33,704 bases of DNA from an uncultured Candidatus Saccharibacteria bacterium. Its GTDB lineage: Bacteria > Patescibacteriota > Minisyncoccia > UBA6257 > 2-01-FULL-56-20. This document shows, in pieces, positions 14,198 through 20,159 of this stretch. The DNA lies in the NCBI GenBank assembly GCA_964577245.1, contig CAZNYI010000003.1:1-33704 (forward strand), in the 5' to 3' direction. Each line of letters starts with the position of its first letter. Within the stretch, counting starts at the first letter, position 1. Under the pieces are notes generated by a model. That model saw nothing but the letters and a program-made list of their open reading frames with translations, was not told where the DNA came from and did no database searches. The position numbers and the translations under genes were made by a program.

Positions 14198-14584
14198 TTA
14201 GTCGCCGGTGGCTTCGTCTTTGTCGCGATCTCCGTGCTCTGGGTCGCTTTCACACGTGATGCACGTGTTGGCCTCGGGAGTTTTCAGGAGCCGATTCGGA
14301 TCAATCGGGCCCCTGCAGGTCGAGCAGTCGAAGTACGTGCCCATTTCTATCTTCCGCTGCGCCATGATCGCGAGCGTGCGGCGCAGCCCCTGATTCTGGA
14401 GCCGGATCGACGCGATACTCCCCAAGAGGTTTTCCACCGCGGCGTCGATGTTGTCGGACGATTGTTCTGGTGTTCGGATTGCCTCCACGTCCGTGGCACT
14501 AAAGCCCTCGGCAATGATCTTTTCCAGCTTTTCTTTCTGCTTGGCCAAGTCAATTTTTTTGACCTGGTCCGTTTTCGTTCCCAT
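14198..14584 (-). CDS. DksA/TraR-family C4 zinc-finger protein
   Basis: CSTCRGPIDPNRLLKTPEANTCITC fits the CxxC-N17-CxxC DksA/TraR finger after a helical N-terminus. SD GGAGGGAGGAAGGG is upstream. Confidence 0.75.
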   Translation of the reverse strand: MGTKTDQVKKIDLAKQKEKLEKIIAEGFSATDVEAIRTPEQSSDNIDAAVENLLGSIASIRLQNQGLRRTLAIMAQRKIEMGTYFDCSTCRGPIDPNRLLKTPEANTCITCESDPEHGDRDKDEATGD

Positions 14585-14671
14585 ATAGTTTTCCCTTCCT
14601 CCCTCCCATCGGGTATTCCGATAGAAGCTGGTTGCAGAGTACTATAAAAATGCCGATATGGCAATAGGCCG

Positions 14672-14708
14672 TAAAAATTTAAAAGGCCATGGATTGAATC
14701 CATGGCCT
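14672..14708 (-). terminator. intrinsic terminator for the 14729-15247 gene
   Basis: An 11-bp stem AGGCCATGGAT 14684-14694 / ATCCATGGCCT 14698-14708. A T-rich run follows on the minus strand. Confidence 0.75.
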
Positions 14709-14728
14709 GCGGGGTTGCCCCCGAATAT

Positions 14729-15247
14729 CTAGACGAGCACGATCTGGCCGATCTCCGCCGCCGCGCGGAGCTTCTTGTAGGCGATGTCGTTTGCCCACGC
14801 CGGCAGTGTCCGCAGGAACGGTTTCTGCAAACTCAAGCTCTCGAGCTGCCGCCACATCTCCTGCCACAGCGGATTGTTGTCTTGCCCGCGGTGCAGAATG
14901 CGGCACACGAAGCCCGTGAATGGCGGAACCTCCTGCCGCTTGGCGAGCGCGGCGAAGAGATCGTCGTTGCTCATTCCAATAGCGGCCGCTGTCTGATGAA
15001 TATGACTCAGAAAGAACTGCGCATCGGGCGCCCGCTTTGCCATGGCGACAAGCCCGAACCCGCGCCCAACGCAGACGGCGCTGCCATATATGGCAACCGC
15101 TCCGTCTTTGCAGCTGGCCAGTAGGCTGAACCCCGCTCGGTCTCGCCGTTCCTCGTTCCGAAACGCAACGATGACGCCGCGCTTGTCGGCCTCTTCTGCC
15201 ATAGCGCGTTGCACCCGCTGGAATGCCTCGTCTTTTATTTGAATCAA
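14729..15247 (-). CDS. hypothetical protein, 172 aa
   Basis: TTG start at 15247 with SD AGGAGA (plus 15254-15259) 6 nt upstream. A terminator lies downstream. Preferred over the Arg-rich alternative frame 14679-15311. Confidence 0.5.
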   Translation of the reverse strand: MIQIKDEAFQRVQRAMAEEADKRGVIVAFRNEERRDRAGFSLLASCKDGAVAIYGSAVCVGRGFGLVAMAKRAPDAQFFLSHIHQTAAAIGMSNDDLFAALAKRQEVPPFTGFVCRILHRGQDNNPLWQEMWRQLESLSLQKPFLRTLPAWANDIAYKKLRAAAEIGQIVLV

Positions 15248-15341
15248 ATTCTTTCTCCTGGATGAGATAACTACTATAAAATAAGATACTGTTTTTGTGC
15301 GATCCCGTCAAATAATTTCCTCAACATGGTAAGATTTTAGT

Positions 15342-16100
15342 ATGAAGAAGTTATTGGTTGCGAATTGGAAGGAGAACCCACGCACGGAGGCGGCGGCAGT
15401 AAAACTGTTCCGCGACGTCGCGAAAATAAAACCGGTCAAAAACGTTGAAGTGGCAGTGTGCCCACCACTCCTTTATTTGGGGCGAATCGCGGCCTTGCGT
15501 ATGCGGCGCGGGAAGAGCGCTCGGCACGTCGCGCTTGGCGCGCAGGATGTTTTCTGGGAAGAGAAGGGCGCTTATACAAGCGAGATCGGCCCCAAAATGC
15601 TTCGGGCGCAGGGCGTGCGCTACGTGATCGTCGGCCATTCGGAGCGGCGCCGCTGGCTTAAAGAGACCGACGCGATGATCAATAAAAAAATAAAGCGCGT
15701 GTTGCGCGACGGCTTACGCGTGATCCTGTGCGTGGGTGAACCGCTTGCGGTTCGCAAAAGGGGGATCGTTGCCGCAAAGAATTTTGTCGTTGGCCAGCTC
15801 AAAAAAGATCTTGTGGGGGTTTCGAGCGCCGCGCGAGCGCACCTCATAGTGGCATACGAACCGATCTGGGCGATCGGCACCGGCCGATATGATGCGCCGG
15901 AAGATGCTGCGGCAGTGGCCGCCGTTATTAAGCGTTTCGCCCCACGCGTGCTCTATGGCGGTTCCGTAGACGGCAGAAACATCCGCGATTATGTACAATA
16001 TAAAGGAATAGACGGCGCTTTGATCGGGGGCGCCAGTTTGCGCGCAGCGGAATTCAAAAAAATGGTCGCCGCGAGTGCGCAGGTGCGAATAAAAAAGTAA
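15342..16100 (+). CDS. tpiA: triosephosphate isomerase
   Basis: VANWKEN, VIVGHSERR and AYEPIWAIGTG are hallmark TIM motifs. The extended -10 TGgTAAGAT lies 6 nt upstream of the ATG. Confidence 0.92.
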   Translation: MKKLLVANWKENPRTEAAAVKLFRDVAKIKPVKNVEVAVCPPLLYLGRIAALRMRRGKSARHVALGAQDVFWEEKGAYTSEIGPKMLRAQGVRYVIVGHSERRRWLKETDAMINKKIKRVLRDGLRVILCVGEPLAVRKRGIVAAKNFVVGQLKKDLVGVSSAARAHLIVAYEPIWAIGTGRYDAPEDAAAVAAVIKRFAPRVLYGGSVDGRNIRDYVQYKGIDGALIGGASLRAAEFKKMVAASAQVRIKK

Positions 16101-16119
16101 AAATAACAATAATAAAAAT

Positions 16120-16878
16120 ATGAATAGTGCAAAAACATGGTTTTGGATCGTGTTGGACGTGTTTATCGCGGTGCTGGTCGTGAATGTGGTGTTCTTTGTG
16201 ATACCGGCAGTTGGAAGGTTGGGCGGCAGTTTCTACCCGGCACGGGTGATCACGGTCTCGGCGCTCGGGAAAACAACGGCGGCGCCGGACCTTGCCGAAA
16301 TAACTTTTTCGGTGCTGACGCAGGGCCAGAATCCGCAGACGCTTTCGGATAACAACAACCAAAAGATGACGGCGGTGCTCGCGTTCGTGAAGGGGCAGGG
16401 GATTGCGGACGCAGACCTCACGACGACCGGTTACGACCTTTCGCCGAATTATGAGTGGGATAAGAACACCATGCGCAACTACATCACGGGCTATACGCTT
16501 ACGCAGACGGTTGAGGTGAAAGTGCGCGATTTGAGCAAGGTGGCGTCGGTGTTGGGCGGGCTTGCGCCGCTTGGCGTGAACCAGGTGAGCGGCGTTTCAT
16601 TCACGTTTGCCGATCAAGAAAAAGTGCTCGCCGTGGCGCGCGCCGATGCGTTCGCGAAGGTGGCAGCGAAAGCAAAAGAGATGACGGGAGCGGCAGGGGT
16701 GTCGCTTGGGAAGGTGGTGAATATTTCGGAGAATAATTATTTCCCCGAGACGCGGGTGGCGTATTCAGCGGCGAACTCCATGGGCGCGGGCGCGGTGCCC
16801 GCACCGGTCGCACCGACGATCCAGCCGGGGACGCAGGATATTACCGACACGGTCAGCATCACCTACGAACTTAATTAG
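16120..16878 (+). CDS. SIMPL/DUF541 domain protein with an N-terminal membrane anchor
   Basis: The pattern GKTTAAPDLAEITFSV...GYTLTQTVEVKVRDL...ARADAFAKVAAKAKEMTGAAGVSLGKVVNISE matches the SIMPL family layout. Confidence 0.75.
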   Translation: MNSAKTWFWIVLDVFIAVLVVNVVFFVIPAVGRLGGSFYPARVITVSALGKTTAAPDLAEITFSVLTQGQNPQTLSDNNNQKMTAVLAFVKGQGIADADLTTTGYDLSPNYEWDKNTMRNYITGYTLTQTVEVKVRDLSKVASVLGGLAPLGVNQVSGVSFTFADQEKVLAVARADAFAKVAAKAKEMTGAAGVSLGKVVNISENNYFPETRVAYSAANSMGAGAVPAPVAPTIQPGTQDITDTVSITYELN

Positions 16879-16880
16879 CC

Positions 16881-17489
16881 ATGAAAAAAAGCGATTGGTG
16901 GGCGATCGTCGTTATCGGTGCGGCGGTAGGATTGCTTTCGCAGCCGATTTTGGCGAACGTGGCTGGTTCGTTTAATATCAATCTTAGCTATACACTGCGC
17001 ATTGTGGTGTTCCTTGCCTTTACGATTCTTGCGCCACTCGCGCTCTTCATCCTCTATTATTTGGGGAAGATAGTGCCGGTGCTCTATCAATTCGGCAAGT
17101 TCGCGGCGGTGGGGGTGTTGAATACCTTTGTGGATGTGGGCATCTTGAACCTCGAAATCCTCGCGTTCGGCACGCCCGCGGCATGGCCCTATCGGATCAT
17201 GAAGGCGGTCTCGTTCCTGGCGGCGACCACGAACAGTTTCTTTTGGAACAAGTTCTGGACGTTCGGTTCACATGACCCGGCCAACTCATCGGAAACCATA
17301 AAGTTCTATCTGGTGGCCGTTGGGGGGTTCCTCATCAATGTCGGTGTGGCGTCATACGTCTTTAGCGGCGTTGTGCGGCCGGAATCCATCTCGCCGAACC
17401 TTTGGGCGAACGTTGGCGCGATCGCCGGCGTGGCAGCGGGATTCCTGTGGGACTTCCTGGGCTACAAATATGTAGTGTTCAAAAAGTAA
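16881..17489 (+). CDS. GtrA-family membrane protein
   Basis: FGKFAAVGVLNTFVDVGILN and FFWNKFWTF are GtrA-like signatures. Four hydrophobic segments. Confidence 0.8.
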   Translation: MKKSDWWAIVVIGAAVGLLSQPILANVAGSFNINLSYTLRIVVFLAFTILAPLALFILYYLGKIVPVLYQFGKFAAVGVLNTFVDVGILNLEILAFGTPAAWPYRIMKAVSFLAATTNSFFWNKFWTFGSHDPANSSETIKFYLVAVGGFLINVGVASYVFSGVVRPESISPNLWANVGAIAGVAAGFLWDFLGYKYVVFKK

Positions 17490-17507
17490 GTTGTCCCCAG
17501 GGCGGAC

Positions 17508-17536
17508 TTGCGCTTTCTGTGGATATCTGCTATAAT
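17508..17536 (+). promoter_or_regulatory. sigma70-like promoter
   Basis: TTGCGC 17508-17513, 17-nt spacer, TATAAT 17531-17536. Confidence 0.5.
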
Positions 17537-17542
17537 GGCTTG

Positions 17543-17638
17543 GAATGGGTGCGAGTTTTCCTTAACGACGACGTCGACTAAGGAAAATCCCACACGATTC
17601 TTTTTGGCCAAAGGCTCCCGCAAGGGGGCTTTTGGTTT
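17543..17638 (+). ncRNA. candidate small RNA or attenuator transcript of about 95 nt, class unknown
   Basis: It sits between promoter 17508-17536 and a terminator (stem 17613-17619/17624-17630, GCAA loop, T-run). It contains a 13-bp interrupted hairpin at 17557-17589. A 6-codon ORF (MGASFP) starts at 17545. Confidence 0.3.
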
Positions 17639-17674
17639 AATTGAGTTTTAATGTATGTATCGTATACTGATAGC

Positions 17675-17835
17675 GGAGCCGGCTGGAGAGCACTCGTTCA
17701 ATCACAAAAAGAATCGGAGGTCACCACAGCCGCTCCGCCCAGTCCTTTTAAGAAAGAGGATTGAGCGGAGCGGGATCTGCGGCAGTGCCGCGTACGCGGC
17801 AGCTGTTTCCGGTGCGCGGCTTAAAAATAAATATC
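17675..17835 (+). promoter_or_regulatory. structured murB leader with mutually exclusive pairings
   Basis: A putative promoter (TTGAGT 17641-17646, N16, TATACT 17663-17668) precedes it. GCTCCGC (17733-17739) is complementary to GCGGAGC (17682-17688); with the adjacent 17727-17732 it forms the 12-bp P1 helix with 17682-17695. Extended to CCGCTCCGC (17731-17739), it is also complementary to GCGGAGCGG (17765-17773). A second triple, GCGGCA/TGCCGC/GCGGCA, lies at 17780-17802. Confidence 0.3.
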
Positions 17836-18807
17836 ATGCAAAAATTTAAAGAGAACGTACTGCTTGCGCGGTACAGTAATTATAATATCGGCGGTCCGGC
17901 AAGATTTTTTTTTGCGCCTAAGACCGAAAAAGAAATAGCGTGGGCGATCCGCGAGGCAAAAAAGAAAAAGGTGTCTATTTTTATTTTGGGTGGCGGGACG
18001 AATCTTCTGATCGACGACCGTGGTTTTAAAGGACTCGTGCTCCATCCGAATTTAAAAACTCTCACCGCGCACGGAACGGAACTCACCGTGGGCGCTGGTG
18101 TTTTAATGAGCGATCTGCTGAATGCGTGCGTCAAAAAATCCCTTTCCGGCTTGGAATGGGCGGGCGGGTTGCCGGGGAGCGTGGGTGGCGCTATCCGCGG
18201 GAATGCCGGCTGTTTTGGCGGCGAAACAAAAGATGCGATTGTTGCGGTACGCAGCTTTGATATAAAGACAATGAAGATAATAGAACGCACTACGCGGCAG
18301 TGCAGTTTTGGCTATCGTATGAGCATATTCAAGAAGAAGCGCGGGCAAGAGATTATTCTTTCGGCTACACTCCGTCTCGCGAAAGGGGAGAAGAAGGCGA
18401 TTGCCGCTTCGATCCGCGAAAAAATAGCGCACCGCACAAAGGCGCACCCGCTGGATTATCCGAACATCGGCAGTATTTTCAAGAATATCCCATTGCATAC
18501 GATCCACAAAAAAGACAGCGCGCACTATAAGAAGGCGGTGCGCGATGGCGTGCTTAGTTTTCGCAAATCGCGCTTTTCCGTAAAGACCGATCCGTTCCCG
18601 GTGATCTCTGCCGCAAAGTTGATCTCCGAGTCCGGCCTGCGGGGCGTTTCCGCCGGGGGCGCCATGATCTCGCCGAAGCATACGAACTTTATCGTAAATG
18701 CCTTAGACGCCCGGTCGCCGGAGGTGATGGAGCTTATAGAGCTCGCCAAAGTGGCAGTAAAACAGAAATTCGGTGTAGTATTAGAGGAAGAGATACAAAT
18801 CGTCTAA
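17836..18807 (+). CDS. murB: UDP-N-acetylenolpyruvoylglucosamine reductase
   Basis: YNIGGPARFF, ILGGGTNLLIDD and GLEWAGGLPGSVGGAIRGNAGCFG are MurB FAD-binding motifs. Start trimmed to ATG 17836; the tracked 17761 extension is low-complexity. Confidence 0.88.
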   Translation: MQKFKENVLLARYSNYNIGGPARFFFAPKTEKEIAWAIREAKKKKVSIFILGGGTNLLIDDRGFKGLVLHPNLKTLTAHGTELTVGAGVLMSDLLNACVKKSLSGLEWAGGLPGSVGGAIRGNAGCFGGETKDAIVAVRSFDIKTMKIIERTTRQCSFGYRMSIFKKKRGQEIILSATLRLAKGEKKAIAASIREKIAHRTKAHPLDYPNIGSIFKNIPLHTIHKKDSAHYKKAVRDGVLSFRKSRFSVKTDPFPVISAAKLISESGLRGVSAGGAMISPKHTNFIVNALDARSPEVMELIELAKVAVKQKFGVVLEEEIQIV

Positions 18808-18815
18808 ATATAAAA

Positions 18816-19160
18816 ATGAAAATAAATATCAAAAAAAATCTAGATATGACGCCGTCGCTGCAGACGTATATTGATGAGAAGCTGGCGCCACTCGCAAGGT
18901 TCATAAAAAAGTTTGACGAGACCGGCGAGGCCGAGATCTGGTTGGAGCTCTCTCGCACGACGCGGCATCATGGGAAGGGCGAAGAAGTGTTTCTTGCGGC
19001 TGCCGATCTGCGTTTGCCGGGTAAGATCCTCCGCGCAGAGGAACACGCCGAAGACGTTCGCAAAGCGATCGACATGGTGAAAGATACGCTGCGGCTGGAG
19101 ATTGAAAAGTATAAAACGAAGTTTGTAAAACCGAAACGGGGAGCGAAAGAAGGGGTATAA
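18816..19160 (+). CDS. hpf: ribosome hibernation promoting factor / RaiA family
   Basis: MKINIKKNLDMTPSLQTYIDEKL...DVRKAIDMVKDTLRLEIEKYK fits the short HPF/YfiA layout. Confidence 0.8.
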   Translation: MKINIKKNLDMTPSLQTYIDEKLAPLARFIKKFDETGEAEIWLELSRTTRHHGKGEEVFLAAADLRLPGKILRAEEHAEDVRKAIDMVKDTLRLEIEKYKTKFVKPKRGAKEGV

Positions 19161-19289
19161 AAATGAATATCCCCGGGGCGCTGCTAGTGTTGCAACGTCC
19201 CGGGGGATCTGTAGAAGCATCAGTCATGGTTGAGGAATGAACATTGCTCGGCTTAGGGCCCGGGCAAGAAACCACGGCTAACGCTATCT
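19160..19289 (-). ncRNA. candidate small RNA of about 130 nt, class unknown
   Basis: It has its own promoter (19296-19325). A 16-bp helix pairs plus 19226-19241 with 19280-19295 (15 pairs including wobbles). The terminator hairpin is 19169-19178/19198-19208, followed on the minus strand by ATTCATTTTT. Confidence 0.35.
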
Positions 19290-19295
19290 GTAAGC

Positions 19296-19325
19296 AGTAT
19301 ACCAGGGCATCCCCCAAAAAGTCAA
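19296..19325 (-). promoter_or_regulatory. sigma70-like promoter
   Basis: On the minus strand: TTGACT (19320-19325), 18-nt spacer, TATACT (19296-19301). Confidence 0.5.
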
Positions 19326-19364
19326 GGGGTTGACGTGGTTCACTGCTTTACGGCTTATTACACT

Positions 19365-19405
19365 GAAAAAAGGTGCAGGTGGCCAGGGCACTACCCCCGG
19401 CCACC
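19365..19405 (-). terminator. terminator-like hairpin for the 19461-20021 gene
   Basis: Stem GGTGGCC 19378-19384 / GGCCACC 19399-19405. T6 follows on the minus strand (plus A-run 19366-19371). Confidence 0.5.
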
Positions 19406-19460
19406 GCCAAAAGGCCGAAGCCAAAGAGGGTCTCGATTACAAGGTCGAATCCCTAGGGCG

Positions 19461-20021
19461 CTAATTCGCCCAGGAGAAACTTCCCCCGTAACCGGTAGAA
19501 GCCCTTAGTCGCTCATTAATCCCCGATCCGAACCGGATGTTGCCAGCTCCCGCGGTCAAACTGCCCTCGGCTTTTGCCGAGACCAGAAATATGGCGGCGA
19601 GCCGTTGCCAACGTCCCCCCTGGCGGTAAAGAGCTCGGGCGACCAGATCGACGCCGATATTCAGAGCAACGTTCGCGGCAACAACACCGCTCGTGTTCCG
19701 TCTACCGACAATCGGACCAGCCCACCCAATCTCCTCGCCGTTGAAGCGGCCCAAGACGGAATGATCCGCCCTGTATGCCACTCTGGGGTGATCCAGCACC
19801 GCTGCGGTGCTGGAGGCGTCCAACAGTGTTCCCGCGAAGAGACATATCTCAGAAGCCCTGAAGAGCCGATCCAGTTTCCTGGGCCGATCTCCTTTGGTGG
19901 GTCTCTGTAGTATGTTGCTCAGCTGGAATTGCCGGACTTGCGCGTTAGCAAACGATGGGAACAGCCCCATCAGCAACAAGACGAGCCCGGTCGAAGTCTT
20001 TGAGTTTACCCTAAGTTTCAA
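19461..20021 (-). CDS. secreted hypothetical protein, 186 aa
   Basis: TTG start at 20021 with SD GAGGAGGTG 6 nt upstream. Signal peptide LVLLLMGLFPSFANAQ. GC-rich. A TGGACA-N17-TAAAAT promoter lies upstream. Confidence 0.55.
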   Translation of the reverse strand: MKLRVNSKTSTGLVLLLMGLFPSFANAQVRQFQLSNILQRPTKGDRPRKLDRLFRASEICLFAGTLLDASSTAAVLDHPRVAYRADHSVLGRFNGEEIGWAGPIVGRRNTSGVVAANVALNIGVDLVARALYRQGGRWQRLAAIFLVSAKAEGSLTAGAGNIRFGSGINERLRASTGYGGSFSWAN

Positions 20022-20159
20022 TTAGCACCTCCTCAGGTACTGTTTGCAATTTTACCATACTATATTTATTTTGTCCAGCCCCCCCAACGTGTGCCACGTC
20101 GTGTGCGGTAAAATCTGGCTTTTTTCGCCCGAAACGCCTATAATCCTTACACAATAACC

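Noticed and set aside
14679-15311. 210-aa alternative frame on the minus strand
   Set aside because: It is extremely Arg-rich, would read through terminator 14684-14708, and lacks an SD. The 14729-15247 frame is preferred.
17655-17849. 64-aa ORF, and the 25-aa N-terminal extension of murB (tracked start 17761)
   Set aside because: Both lie in the structured leader and have low-complexity translations. MurB homology begins at MQKFKENVLL (ATG 17836).
19430-19462. T-loop-like GGTCGAATCCCT, suggesting a tRNA or a tmRNA 3' end
   Set aside because: No 5-bp T stem, acceptor stem or anticodon arm can be drawn. The sequence lies at the stop of the 19461-20021 gene.
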